Position numbers and translations under genes: made by a program. DNA of 63,823 nucleotides, the filler included, from Octopus bimaculoides (taxonomy: Eukaryota): the NCBI RefSeq assembly GCF_001194135.2. It is 5 parts of 4 records of this genome, joined end to end, with 100 filler letters (N's around TTAATTAATTAA, not from the genome) between each part and the next. Parts side by side here need not be neighbours in the genome. Positions count along the whole stretch, not along the records: positions 1 to 17,602 come from NC_068985.1; 4 more parts are not named here. The stretch is one strand, 5' to 3'. Under the pieces are notes generated by a model, which worked only from the letters and a program-made list of their open reading frames with translations, had not been told where the DNA came from and did not search any database. This document shows positions 1 through 13,720 of this stretch, piece after piece (position 1 is the stretch's first letter; every line of letters starts with the position of its first letter).

Positions 1-27
1 CTCCATTAGCAAGTTTCCACATCACCA

Positions 28-31
28 CCAC

Positions 32-86
<55 letters not shown>

Positions 87-87
87 G

Positions 88-136
<49 letters not shown>

Positions 137-195
137 AATCATCATCATCATCGTCATCATCATCGTCATCATCATCATCATCGTCATCATCATCG

Positions 196-228
<33 letters not shown>

Positions 229-230
229 CA
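28..230 (+). repeat. (CAT)n microsatellite
   Basis: Long, nearly pure CAT array with occasional CGT units. Confidence 0.98.
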
Positions 231-374
231 TCATCCTGGCTGTCGTTGTTCACATCCTCGTCGTCTTCATCAGGTTTTATCACTACTCATACCACCCTCC
301 CAACTATGCCCCACATTACTATCCCCAACCATCGTCATCATCTGTATCAACATCGCGTTAATCATCTTTACTGT

Positions 375-421
<47 letters not shown>

Positions 422-1384
422 TGCCATCACGAACCTAATCATCATAAACGAAGACATCATTAACATTTCTGGTTCTACCAAAGATGACACCACCAAAATT
501 AGTACCATCATCATCATCGTCGTCGTCGTCGTTACCGCCGTCGTCATCGACGTCTTCTTGATCATCATCATGATTATCATCATCATATCATTATTATTGC
601 CACTACCAACCATCAAACAGCCTCACTATAATTACCATCAATGTCACCATCTTCATTATCATCTGTGTGCTTATATATCTTTTTAGCATTTGATCTATCA
701 ATATNNNNNNNNNNAAGTTAGTCTCAAACCAAGGAAGGTAGAGAATTCCTCGAAATGTACACGAGTACACGCACTTACATGCATACATACATAAACTTAC
801 CTTGTGTTAGTGTGTGTCCGAGCGCGAATGTGCGTATGCGTGCGTGTTTGTTCATACATTTTTAACTAGACTTATGGCTCATAGTATATACATACTTTTA
901 AAGATTCTTACAGAAATACATATATCACTAAATCCAGGCAGGCGAATGCAGAGAGATATCCAGAAAGATAGACAAAGATATATATACGTATGTATGTATG
1001 TTTTTATGTTTGTATGTATGTTGTGTATGTATGTATGTATGTATATCTATGCCTGTGTTTGTGTGTGCATTATATATTATATATGTATACACACACGTTT
1101 ATACATACACGCATATATGCACACATGTTTACACATATACACACAAACATACACATCTATGTATGTATGTATGTATGTATGTATGTATATACGTTTTTGC
1201 GTGTTTGCCTTTGTGTCTGTCTCTTTTGATATAATTTAGTATCATTTCGTTTAATCAGTGAACACGAATTAGTAAAAGGACCACCCATACAGCAAGTCTG
1301 TAGTTTCAAAGGAAAGGAAACGAACAGGAACAACTCTGCATCATCATCACCACCATCACCACCACCACCACCAACATCATCATC

Positions 1385-1415
<31 letters not shown>

Positions 1416-2939
1416 GCCTCATTCTCAACACTATCAGCCATACTTCTGTAACCATCACATTCATCGATCTCATTTGTCGTTGTTATTATCACCGATATTC
1501 CCGCCATCACTTTTAGCAAAACTCTCCATTAGCAAGTTTCCACATCACCACCNNNNNNNNNNNNNNNNNNNNNNNNNNNNNNNNNNNNNNNNNNNNNNNN
1601 NNNNNNNNNNNNNNNNNNNNNNNNNNNNNNNNNNNNNNNNNNNNNNNNNNNNAGCATATATGCATTCGTACAGATGTAAGTTCTATGCCTGTTTGTGAAT
1701 TTCACACAGACAACATAGTCGATCATATCATAAAGTAGATGAATTCTTAATGATTCCAGTCAATGGGGTACCAAAGGCAAGAAGGTTAGCATTGAAAAAT
1801 AATCAAATATAAGGCTTAAAAGTACTCGTGTATCTAGTTCTGTTAATCTTCTGGCCGGTTGGGCCATATTTATAGTAATAAGTTTATTTGCTTTCCATTT
1901 TCTTTGCATCCTTTGTTCTTTTAATACTATAAGAATTCTCTTGGTGTGTTACGAAATTTGGTAAAAACAAGTGCTGCTATTTGTTTCCAATAGTCAATTA
2001 ATAATTCAGACGTTGTGTCTGAGATCATTGAAAGTTTATGATACTGTAATCTGAAAAGAGTAGTTATCTTTTTAAAGAAAAACTTGTTACCATTTTTTTA
2101 AAATATCATATTCATATAATATCATATTTTAAAATGAAATTTGAATTTTAAATGATACTAAATCGTAGAATTTTTTATATAGACACAATGCTTGCAATTT
2201 TCAGCGAAGCTGCGGTCGAGAATATCCGTCTCAGTACTTTAATGCTCCTTATTTTATCGATCTTGAATGATCGAAAACAAGAGCTTCTTTTCGTGGAGGT
2301 TTCAAATCAGAGCAGAGACTACAGTTAAGAACATTGAGTGATACAAATCGTATCTCAAATCTGCACAATCATTTTCTTACTACACCACTGAAATGTAGAT
2401 AAAATGTACTTTATGCTATAAGCATGAAATCTATTATTCTATTCAATTCATAATTAATATTAGAAACAAGATCTTTCAGGAATCAATAAGGCATAATCCA
2501 AGATATAGGGAAATATCTAAATATATATACACTCTTTTTTCCCGAGACAGTGCAAATTTCAGAATTGAGTTAATCGTTTGATTTTCTGGTGAGGGCGATT
2601 TGGTATATCAGCCAAGCTTCGGTGCTAGTTCCTTTGATAATATACTGTATAGATTTAAGATTAAGCGAACAAAATTCTTAAAGTTTGAGAACAAAAGTTT
2701 CCTAAAATAGTTTCAGTGTTCATCTTTGAAAAGGGAGAAAGATAGAGAGAGAGAAGGGGAGAGAGAGGGGAGAGAGAGAGAGTGAGAGAAGCTCCTTCTG
2801 AGACACTGACATACACACTCACACACACACTCACACACACACACACGAACGCACGCACACGCATTAACACACTCTCACTAACTTACACAGAGACAGGAAT
2901 ACACACAGACGCACACACACAGACACAGACACACATATA

Positions 2940-3170
2940 TTAGGTCATCATATAAATAATGCGGTTTTTTTAATACTTTTATTTTCCAAAATTAAGATAA
3001 ACAAAGTCCTTTTTAATCTAAAATATACTCTTCTTCATTTTCTACAATGCTCTTCCATCTATCTGGTAGACTTGCAAGGTCCCTCTTCCAAAATTCACTT
3101 GTCCGTGACGATAAACACTTCTCCTGTATTGTTCTGACCTTGTATACAGAATTCATATTTTTGCCGTAAC
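2940..3170 (-). mobile_element. Mariner 3' fragment (transposase C-terminus plus TIR)
   Basis: Minus strand reads GKNMNSVYKVRT..EFWKRDLASLPDRWKSIVENEEEYILD*. TA followed by TIR ttaggtcatcatataaataatgcggtttttt. Homologous to 48140-48360. Confidence 0.85.
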
Positions 3171-6100
3171 GATTTATTTATAGCCAATTGAAGAATTCCA
3201 CTCATATTGAGGCTACCGATCAGTGCACATCCACAAAGATGTTTCGACTTTTGAGAAATGCAAGTTTCATAAATTTCTTCAGTGATTCCATGTCTGCCAA
3301 ATTTTCATTGATTTGCTTCAATGTACAACGACATAGATTTGCCCCAGAATGTTGAAGCACTCAATACTCGTTTTCTGAGAAAGAGCTGGCGACCTGTTGA
3401 CGCTGTTACTCAAAGATGTTTGTTTCAATGATATGCAACATGGGTCCTATTCTAAAGAGAATTATTCTTTTAGGCGTAGAGGAAGGCAGTCTTTTGTGAC
3501 GGTTTTCTTAGAAAGCTAGATTTGAATATTAAGTATACTGTCCTTTTCATTCAATTATTATAATTATTTCACATTTTAACTGTATTTTGCTCAAGTCAGC
3601 ATCTAACTTTGGAAGACCTATCTCACAACAGCGATAGCGTAAAAATGTGAAAGTTACTGCGGTACATGGTCGACTAATAACTATAAATAGGAAAAAAAAA
3701 ATTTGGAAGACCATTTATTCTTGTTTAGTAAAACGTATCAGGGTTCTAACCTTATCTTTACCTCCCCTAAAACTTATCGTCGCAAGCATTACCCCTCATT
3801 TAAAAATATTCCACCTGAAGAAATGTTACGCTGCTAAAGTTCCGGGTGACGATTTTTCAGGTAATCTCGATGTAGTCTGTTTATTAGGCAATTAGATTAA
3901 CAACACATATCTTAAGAATGAAGCTTTTAAAGAAATTACCAGTCGAGTCAACAAGATATAGGTTAGGCAAATGACACTTTAAGCAAATTAAACGCTCGAG
4001 GGTTATCATAAAAACCTAGTATAAACAGCTATACCATTACTTTTCGATGTCCAAGTATGTTTCCTATCGCACTTCTAAACACTCTTACAAATGATAAAGG
4101 CATACCTTATAACTTTTGAAATTAAATACACGTAATAGTTGATGAAATGTGACTTCTTATGAGGAATTTAAGAACTTTTCAAATAAATTTATTACTAATC
4201 TTATTAAATCGGAAATTTGTTCACTTTATCTTAGCTAATTTAGAAGTTGAGCTATTATTAACAAGAACAACGCAGCTCAACAATGAGTCCATTTGAAAAG
4301 AATTTAATTAAACACAAGACCACCGAACATACGTAACATTAATATGTTACTCCATACTCATTATTTAACACTTCCTTCTTGTAGTATTCAATTTGCACTT
4401 TCTTTATGTCTTTCGATCTCTATATTAATCAGTCAACATGTGCATTTCTGCGCACGCGCGTCTGTGTGTATATGTGTGTGTGTTCGTGTTTGCACATTTG
4501 TGTACGCTTGTGTGTATACGTTTCAAACCGGGTGTTCGATATTCTGTACAACCTTTCTCTGAATCATTTCCTATTTATCTGTCTCCCAGGCACTTTAGCT
4601 TTCTTACACTCTCTTTCTCTGTGATATTCTATTTTTCTATATCTTTCTATCAATACAAATATTTGAATTCAGATGCGGACATATTCATTAGACTATGCCT
4701 CATCTACATAGTAATATGGACATCTGCGCTTCTCTATATGCCACACTTGACGGCGTAGTTTGTCAGTCTGCTTGTCTGTGTGTCTGTGTCGAATGAAAAA
4801 GAACAACTCATTCATAGTGTTCGACAATTGCGTTTTGCTTGTCAAATTGAAGACAGTTGAGGGCACTGCGATGCTCTGTAAGAAGCAATGGTTTCTCATA
4901 TGTACATCTTCCATCTCCTCCACATTCTCTTTTATTTATGTACATCTGACGTTCTGGATTTTGTTGTAGTTGTTCAGCGCCAGATCTGACCTGATAGGGT
5001 AGATCTGTTTTCAATAGCATTTAAGAATTACATTCCCCAATGGACCTTTCTTTATCTAAGATACTGTGTTATCATTTGAAAGAGAATTTGAGGTCGAACA
5101 ATTGCGGAAAAGCTCCCTCAGGCAAGGCGAATGGACCCTGACTCTAACAGTTGCTGTTTTGCACAATCTTATCATTCTCATATCCTCTCAGTACAGATTT
5201 GATATTGTTGCACGTTTGGCACTTCTTGTAGTTTCTCTAGACTTGCGCTCTTAGTTGTTCAATCAACTGAACAGCCAGATTATTTGATTAGCCTGTGAAG
5301 CGAGTATTCCAGAGACTCAGGTAATCCTAACATAATTATCAGACAGAATCAGTTTCAAGTCGACTTGAAACTCTATATCAACGACCAACAGAATATAGTA
5401 AGATGCTTAGATTTTTAGTTGTTGAAATATTTAAACTACAAGTGAGTGATCGTTCACTGTTTCGTTCGATCTGCTACATATAGCAGCTTGTCTTTCTTCA
5501 AAATACATCTACACTCCTAAAACAGAAAGAAATTATTATATCTATAACACTAGATATAGCGTCTTAAAGGGAAAAGTTGGAATGATTGGTGAATGGGTCA
5601 CATTTGATCATATATTTACTCACATAAACCTAGACAATAACTTCTCTATATGAATGTAATAAAATTCTGTGATTTAGCTCTAACTAACGAAGTCGTCTAT
5701 TAGAAAAAACAAAATACTGTATTTAATTTTCTCTCCAGACATTGTTTCTGTTGAAATTCTGCCAAAATCTGCTTTGTCTTTTATTTCTCTGGGTGTCAAT
5801 AGAATAAGTAACAATAACATACTAGACGTAATTTTGTCTGTCATAAAAGTTGGCCTTGTTTACTCTAATCAGAAGTAAGGAAAGTAACTGATCAACAAGG
5901 GAATACCGGTTTGTGCTTAGAAGATAAAGTGATGGATTGAATAATTTACGTCATATAGGTCTTATCTTCCTGAGTTTAAATCCAGTTATGATAGACAACG
6001 TTGCTTTATCATTCTGAGACAATTAAAGTAAGTACTAGTTGCCCAAAGTGGTGTTATGGCGCATAGTTAGTTCTGATATTTGCTACAAAATAAGACAGAG

Positions 6101-6750
6101 ACTATTCTAGAGAGAATATCGGTTGGTTGCAAAGTGGTAATAATACTATGCTTTGTGCAAGTGAGAACTTTCCAAGAGGAAAGAATTTTGTAGGATAAAT
6201 CAAGTAGAACAATGAGAGAATGAGAGAAGAAATAAAAGCATGAAATTTCTGAGAGTTGTACCATATATTCTTTGAATCATAGCAGGTTGTGCTGTCAGAA
6301 AGCGAAGTACTAGAAGAGATATTTCAAAGTATATAACTCGTTCTTTAAGCAGTTCCGTCCATTCAGTGCCTAGAATTCGTAATTTTTTATCGACTCCATA
6401 CTGAAGAAAGCTCATGTTGCTCAGATTTGGTGCTTTTAGCTGGCAATGCGATAGAATGTAGAACGTTTAGCGTCTGTAACCCAATTAGTTCATTCGCGGC
6501 CGAATGTGTTTTCATGAAAGTCTTCTTGGAAGGGCTTATATTCCCGATACTTGTGGCGTAGAGAATATCTTCACACTTCTTGGTGTAATCGAAGTTCTTA
6601 AATATTCCTTTACACAAATATGTGTGTGTGTGTAACCTATATAGTAGATTTCTAAACAGGGCCTGTAACACTACTAGTCCGTAGTAAAATAAATGATGAA
6701 CAACATTAATCGAATCTTATATTGGATCCTCATCAGACGTGTCTACATAA

Positions 6751-6784
<34 letters not shown>

Positions 6785-7400
6785 NNNNNNNNNNNNNNNN
6801 NNNNNNNNNNNNNNNNNNNNNNNNNNNNNNNNNNNNNNNNNNNNNNNNNNNNNNNNNNNNNNNNNNNNNNNNNNNNNNATATATAATATGACAAGCATAC
6901 ACATGCACAGGTACTGGCACACACACGCACATACACATGCACATAAATATAACGTACTACTCGCTTGTTGATAGCAGCAACAAAACATATTCAATCTATT
7001 GAGAGATAAGTATCAGTCAATGAATACAGGTGTTAAATGTGAGCTATTGCAAGTTTCATGCCTATATAGTGCAATAATCGGATGTGCTTATATAGTGTAC
7101 CATGTACGATCCGGCAATCGCTCAAGTTCAAAATACAAGACTTCTCTCGAAATGTGAGTAAAGAATGAGAAAAATATACGAAAAAACAAAACGAGAAGAA
7201 AACGTTTTAAGGGAAAGGAGTAATGACTGTTGTCCTTTCATCCGTTACATGAAACACATAGTTAACGTTGAGAGATTACTTCTAAATCAAACTGTATCCT
7301 ATGGGTCGAATGAGCGAAAGGCTTAGTACGTTAAGCTGTGTATCTAATCCTCTGAAATGGAGGTTTTCCAGTTCGATAATAGAAACTTGTCGAGAAGAAT

Positions 7401-7811
7401 ACTCTTTTACTCTTTTACTTGTTTCAGTCATTTGACTGCGGCCATGCTAGAGCACCGCCTTTAGTCGAGCAAATCTACCCCAGGACTTATTCTTTGGAAG
7501 CCTAGTACTTATTCTATCGGTCTGTTTTGCCGAAGCGCTAAGTTACGGGGACGTAAACACACCAGCATCGGTTGTCAAGCGATGTTGGGAGGACAAACAC
7601 AGACACACAAACACACACATACACACATATATATATATACATATATACGACAGGCTTCTTTCAGTTTCCGTCTACCAAATCCACTCACAAGGCTTTGGTC
7701 GGCCCGAGACTATAGTAGAAGACACTTGCCCAAGGTGCCACGCAGTGGGAGTGAACCCGGAACCATGTGGTTGGTAAGCAAGCTACTTACCACACAGCCA
7801 TTCCTGCGCCT
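7401..7811 (-). mobile_element. tRNA-derived SINE family A, full length
   Basis: Minus head aggcgcaggaatggctgtgtggtaag (box A) and ggttcactcc (box B), internal CA/TA microsatellite, tail ..gactgaaacaagtaaaagagtaaaagag. Many copies in this window. Confidence 0.9.
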
Positions 7812-8939
7812 ATACATCATTTTCTTTTTAAATGAGATTTTGATTTTGAAAGGTCGATATGGTTCTTCGATATAATAAAGCTGTGTATTGTTTTAGCTCT
7901 ATAGAGTCCGAACGTTTTGACCCGTTAATATATATCCAATAGCTACTGACACTGCTCCACGTGATGTATGGTATATTGTTGCTGGTTTTGTGCTTTTCTT
8001 CCTGGCCACGTGCTTCAAAGAAGATTGTGGTTGGCATAACTCTTTTTGAATTTACTTCTGCACAGTCTAATATAATTTTTTCTGTTGGTTCCCATACTTT
8101 ATAGCACTGTAGATGACCTCAGCTTCATACAGGACTGACTTAAGCATGCATGCTACCTCTTGTTGAAGGGGCAAGTATCTGTGTGCTTTTGTGCAACTGT
8201 TTTTTTTATCTGTCATCCTGCCTTAAATTCGAACGTGTGCATATATGCATTTCTCACTATGTCAACATGTGCACGTTAACTCCGCGTATGTGTATGTTGG
8301 TGTGTTACTGTGCACATGTGAGCTTGTACATGCGTGTCTTCGGGTTTCCTTTTTCCTTCCTTTTTATATTGGCTTTTTCTCGTGTAGAAAGTCATAAATA
8401 AACAGGGTCTCATGTTCCGAAATAGAGCCTAACCATCTAAGTAACACCGTCATGCTAACAACAAATGACTTTCTATTCCGTTGACGCGGTTGTCAATGAG
8501 ACATCTCGATGTAGCTGCATTCATTTACATGCTGATATTTGAAGCAAGCACAACAGAGTAAATCTATTATTGGAATAAATAAGAATACACCAGATGCATA
8601 GATGTATTAATCTATCTGCTTTTCATGTTGTCACTACTAGGGAATTTCCTCATCAATATTTCTACAAACGTCAAAGTGTCAATTACTTTCCGTCCTTTCT
8701 TAACGTCTAGCGTCCTAAACTGCTCTCCCTCTCTCTCTCACACCTTCTCTCTCTCTCTTTCTCTATCACACTCGCTCTCTTTTTCTCTCACTTCTCTCTC
8801 TATCACTCTTTCACTCTCTTGCTCTCTCTGTCTCTCTCTGTCTCTCTCTGTCTCTCTCTTATTCTCTGCGTATCTTTGTATCTATCAATATATCTATTCA
8901 TTTATCTATGTGTCAGTGTCTGTTAGTCTATCTATATAT

Positions 8940-8959
8940 TGATAGACAGAAAGATAGAC

Positions 8960-9006
<47 letters not shown>

Positions 9007-9190
9007 AAGAAAGAAAGATAGAAAGAAATATAGAAAGATAGAAAGAAATATAGAAAGATAGATAGATAGAAATCTGAGAGACAGACAGACATACTTATAT
9101 ATTCATATTTTCATAAACATGTATGCATGTGTGTATGTATGTATGTATGTATGTATGTATGTATGTATGTATGTATGTACGTATGTATGT
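8940..9190 (+). repeat. Compound (AGAT)n/(AGAA)n and (TATG)n microsatellites
   Basis: Direct reading. Confidence 0.95.
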
Positions 9191-9452
9191 ATCTGCATTC
9201 ATATAGTCTGCAGTACAAGCATGAAATATGCAGCAAATTCCATTTGCCAATGATTCAGCAATAGAATTTTGATGAAGTCTTTCGACATCTTTAATTCTGC
9301 GGAGTATTGCAACTAAATAATGAATATCCTGTATCTTCTTTTCGTTACATAAATATCCTGATGTGAAAGTGAATAACATATCAAGGACATAATATCGAGG
9401 AATGAAGAAGATCATGTAAGAGTCTGCGTTTAGGTATTGACAGGTGTCGATT

Positions 9453-9490
<38 letters not shown>

Positions 9491-9751
9491 CCAGATTAAG
9501 CACAAAAAAGGTAAAACATTTAGATTCCAAACAAAACTTTGCGACGAACGGGAATGTGAACTCTGAGTAATAGTTTTTGTGATATTTTTGCTGCATTTTA
9601 ATAAAGTGTATATATATATATACATATACAATAATCCCTTGAGATCTCAGATATTTTTTCTGAATCTCTCGGATTCTGTTAATGTGCTTGTTTCCTTGTA
9701 ATAAATCGATATTAATTAATATCTAAATTTTACCCTAATGTTTTAATTTAT

Positions 9752-9824
<73 letters not shown>

Positions 9825-9929
9825 CATATACACACATGCAAACATATAAATATATACACATATGTATATACGTATATATATTATACATACATGTATATAC
9901 GTATGAGTTTTTGTGTGTATATGTATGTA

Positions 9930-10530
9930 CAAGGCCTGATCAATAAGTATCAGGAGTGCTGCCATAGTAACAATGCTAAAGCACGCAACGTAAAGCTGCG
10001 TTGCAAAAATTGACCATGAACTCTGCATGCGTAGGCACTAAGTTTTAACGTTCTAGTTCATTTTCCCTGTTTACGGCAGTGCTTTGAAAGACGGGGTGTA
10101 GCGTGTGATCATCGCATTGACCATGACAGAGAATGTTATCATGGCGATAACTCAAAGTTGCAGAAAATGTATGGAGAGAAGTGTATGAGACGTACACAAG
10201 TGTACGAGTGGTTCAGACGTTTCCAAGAAGGCCGAAAAATGTCGATAGTGACGAACGACCTGGGAGACCCACAACCAGCAGACATGAGAAAAACATCGCT
10301 TACGTGCGTGCAGCCGTTAAGGGAAATATTCATATCACCATCTGTGAGCTATCAGAAGATGTGCAGATTAGTTACGGTTCAGATCAATTCATTATGACTT
10401 AAGAGTTGGGTATGAGACATGTGTCTGCCAAGTTTGTGCCAAATCTGCTTTCAGCTGACCAAAATGGCACTCGGATTTCAGTTACACAAGATCTCTTTGA
10501 TTGTGTCGTGAACGAAGAAACCTTTTTGAA
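9930..10530 (+). mobile_element. Mariner 5' half (TIR, 5'UTR, HTH domains), frameshifted
   Basis: TA followed by caaggcctgatcaataagtatcagga. Peptides KMYGEKCMRRTQVYEWFRRFQEG, SDERPGRPTTS, LGMRHVSAKFVPNLLS (WVPHEL-equivalent). Stops before the GDE catalytic motif. Confidence 0.85.
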
Positions 10531-10645
10531 AACTTTGCGTAGGCCTCTGAGCAGGTATCGCGAAGCTTTTGGCAAAATTTAGATGCAGATTCTCTGCTCA
10601 AATTTCTATCACGTTCAATGCGATGATCACACGCTACACACGTTC
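10525..10645 (-). mobile_element. Second mariner 5' fragment, inverted and fused to the previous one
   Basis: Minus strand FEQRICI/KFCQKLRDTCSEAYAKF. gtgtagcgtgtgatcatcgcattga is shared with the plus copy near 10096. Confidence 0.75.
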
Positions 10646-11039
10646 CTTCCATCACTTTCGGGCATTTATGAAACGTGTACTATTGTATTTATTGGCATCA
10701 TTTGTTTGCTTGCACTTGCAAACTGTACAAACGCATAGCTGCTAACCATCATCCTTTACCAAAATTCATCCTTGAATTAGTCCCTGAGAATGTACGTTTT
10801 TACAACAGCAGCACGTGCACTCTAAAGTTTTTGACTGTGAAAATTGCATCACTGATGCAGAACATCATGAAAACCGTACGAAGAGGTTAAACATAGAATA
10901 GGTCAGACTAGGAAACCCTCCAGACACTGCAACACTATGCCCACAGCTCAACTGGCCTAAGAGTGTATGCAATTGTGTCCACAGCTTTACTCAGTTTATC
11001 GTACGTCATGCAATATAAGTGGCAGAGATTATTACTGAA

Positions 11040-11538
11040 GTACTATTCACAAACCGTTTTCTTGAGTTTTCCAATCTCTTACAGGTGTCCAAAAACAGTT
11101 GTGCGAGATGTCTGGAGTTCTAGAGAAAGTTTTCGAACCTTTGTTCTCGGATATTGTTCAAACAAAGCATTTAATCTATCATGCCAAATAAATGATTTTG
11201 GCCGACCTCTTGGGTTATTTTCAAGGCTATCATCTCCTGAACGAGAGCTTTTGAACCATCTCCGGACAGTTCTGTTTCAACAAAACCAATATCAAAGGCC
11301 CACTTGATATTCCGTAGAGTTTCTGCGACAGAGTGACACAGTTTGTACTCATACTAGAAAATCACTCAACATAGTTTTGTCGTTATCATTTTCATAAGGT
11401 CAGTGAGTACGAATTTTGTATACCAATATTGTTGGGAAAGAAAAAAGAGTCATGATTAAATGCAAGGTATACATAACTGAGTTTTTAAATAATTGAAATA
11501 ACAATTAAAAATGCGACATTTCATGTGAAACAACCTAA
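11040..11538 (-). mobile_element. Mariner 5' half (Hsmar1-like TIR)
   Basis: TIR (rc) ttaggttgtttcacatgaaaatgtcgcattttt next to TA at 11539-40. Minus peptide TVRRWFKSSRSGDDSLENNPRGRPK..TVFGHL*EIGKLKK. Confidence 0.8.
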
Positions 11539-11564
11539 TATATGTATGTATGTATGTATGTATG

Positions 11565-11626
<62 letters not shown>

Positions 11627-12821
11627 TATGTATATGCATGTATATATATNNNNNNNNNNNNNNNNNNNNNNNNNNNNNNNNNNNNNNNNNNNNNNNNNNN
11701 NNNNNNNNNNNNNNNNNNNNNNNNNNNNNNNNNNNNNNNNNNNNNNNNNNNNNNNNNNNNNNNNNNNNNNNNNNNNNNNNNNNNNNNNNNNNNNNNNNNN
11801 NNNNNNNNNNNNNNNNNNNNNNNNNNNNNNNNNNNNNNNNNNNNNNNNNNNNNNNNNNNNNNNNNNNNNNNNNNNNNNNNNNNNNNNNNNNNNNNNNNNN
11901 NNNNNNNNNNNNNNNNNNNNNNNNNNNNNNNNNNNNNNNNNNNNNNNNNNNNNNNNNNNNNNNNNNNNNNNNNNNNNNNNNNNNNNNNNNNNNNNNNNNN
12001 NNNNNNNNNNNNNNNNNNNNNNNNNNNNNNNNNNNNNNNNNNNNNNNNNNNNNNNNNNNNNNNNNNNNNNNNNNNNNNNNNNNNNNNNNNNNNNNNNNNN
12101 NNNNNNNNNNNNNNNNNNNNNNNNNNNNNNNNNNNNNNNNNNNNNNNNNNNNNNNNNNNNNNNNNNNNNNNNNNNNNNNNNNNNNNNNNNNNNNNNNNNN
12201 NNNNNNNNNNNNNNNNNNNNNNNNNNNNNNNNNNNNNNNNNNNNNNNNNNNNNNNNNNNNNNNNNNNNNNNNNNNNNNNNNNNNNNNNNNNNNNNNNNNN
12301 NNNNNNNNNNNNNNNNNNNNNNNNNNNNNNNNNNNNNNNNNNNNNNNNNNNNNNNNNNNNNNNNNNTATATATATATATATATATATATGTATATGATAC
12401 TAGTTTATTTTTTCTTTTGGTATGGTAGAAATTATTAGACGGAACTTTTGACAAATATTTCTCATGATTATGCATGTTATATGTAACAACAGAGGTGCTG
12501 TTCATAGTTACGCCTGGAAGTCAATTCTGCTGATGATATCGTATGTGTCGTAATGAGAGATAGTACTTCAATGACAACTTTTGGGCGGCTGCTGATCGCG
12601 TGTTTTATATCTTTCACAGAAGAATGGAATAATCGACATTTACAGTTGCAACTTGGGAGTTTAAAGGCTTCACTGTTTCAACATTATTTTACATATTTCT
12701 TAGCTATCACTTGTTACATGACTGCATATGCATAATTTTACAGGTATGATATGATGTAACAGTCAAGAGTCCAAAAATGCTACACTTCATTTTAATGTTG
12801 TTATCCTTCTTAAGATGGTGA

Positions 12822-13048
12822 GATGGTAAACCTGGTATCACGCGCGGCACAATGCTTAGCAGCATATCGTACGATTTTTTTTAAATTTCTGAGTTCAAAT
12901 TAAACCGTGATCGACTTTGCCTTTCATCCCTTTTGGGCTAGTAGAATAAGTAACATGTGATTGTTGGAGGCGATGTAATCGACTTATCATCCCACCCCTC
13001 CAAAATACTATTCGGCTCGTGCCAAAATCTGACATCAATATTATCATC
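12822..13048 (+). mobile_element. SINE family C (B-like head, ..gccaaaatttgaaacc(att)n tail), degenerate
   Basis: ctgagttcaaat..gactttgcctttcatcc..gatgtaatcgactta..gtgccaaaat. Confidence 0.7.
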
Positions 13049-13084
13049 CTTCTTATGGTTGCGATTTGGCTGAATAATTTGTAG

Positions 13085-13280
13085 GGCGGGTAAAATGCGG
13101 CATTTTACTTATATTTACACCTTGAGTTCAAATTCCGTTGATGTTCACTTTTGATTTTCATTCTTTCGGGGGGGTCGGTAATATAAGTACCAGCCAAGCA
13201 GTGAGACTGAGGTAATCGGCTTATCTTCTGCAGCACCAAAATTGTTGGCTTTGTGCCAAATTTTGAATCCAATATTATCT
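13085..13280 (+). mobile_element. SINE family C, second head-to-tail copy
   Basis: gagttcaaattcc..ataagtaccag..ttggctttgtgccaaattttgaa. Confidence 0.7.
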
Positions 13281-13289
13281 TAAATTTAG

Positions 13290-13720
13290 AGGAAATGTAC
13301 TCCTGCAACGACTTTTGTGGTACGCATGCTTCTCTTCCAAATCTTCGTTGAAGCGTGCTACTGCTTCAGCTCTGGGTACACATGGGTAATCAGCAAGAAA
13401 TGAATGCTTCTTCAAAAGTTCACTGGCGGCGTACGCAATATTATTTACTTTGTTTCTGGGCACTTTGTTGGTGTATTAATATTTATTGCTTTATTTAGTA
13501 AGTGCTTTCTAATTGATATCATACGCACTCGAAGACTATTTGTATTGACACGAACCCTCTGCCTCCATATGTTCTTTTGACATAGCTCCTGCTAATAGCA
13601 CTGTTTCTGTGGAAGTTTTCATGTGATGTTAATATCTAGCGGGTTTTAATATCGATGAAGCAGATTTTTTCTGCTTTTCTGAGGTATATAGCTATAGAAC
13701 ATTCGTAGCCTGCGACCATA
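13290..13720 (-). mobile_element. Old R4/Dong-like non-LTR remnant (post-RT region)
   Basis: Minus peptide IDIKTR*ILTSHENFHRNSAISRSYVKRTYGGRGFVSI, matching the HPxS..RLY..R..GGRGL motif seen at 18300 and 22240. Confidence 0.7.

Noticed and set aside
4808-5020. 70-aa minus ORF (ECGGDGRC..)
   Set aside because: It starts within a family E repeat remnant and has no recognisable domain.
9190-9430. Minus ORF with VLDMLFTFTSGY, resembling an ion-channel S2-S3 segment
   Set aside because: The similarity is short, the matching part would lie in the intron upstream of the only good acceptor (9357), there is no strong donor, and no companion exons are found.
11456-12505. Long ORFs of 290-390 aa (also 30945-32111 and 42226-43442)
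   Set aside because: They consist of N gaps plus TA/TATG/CA microsatellites.
12822-13280. Inverted SINE pair as a dsRNA/ADAR substrate
   Set aside because: On checking, both copies are on the same strand.
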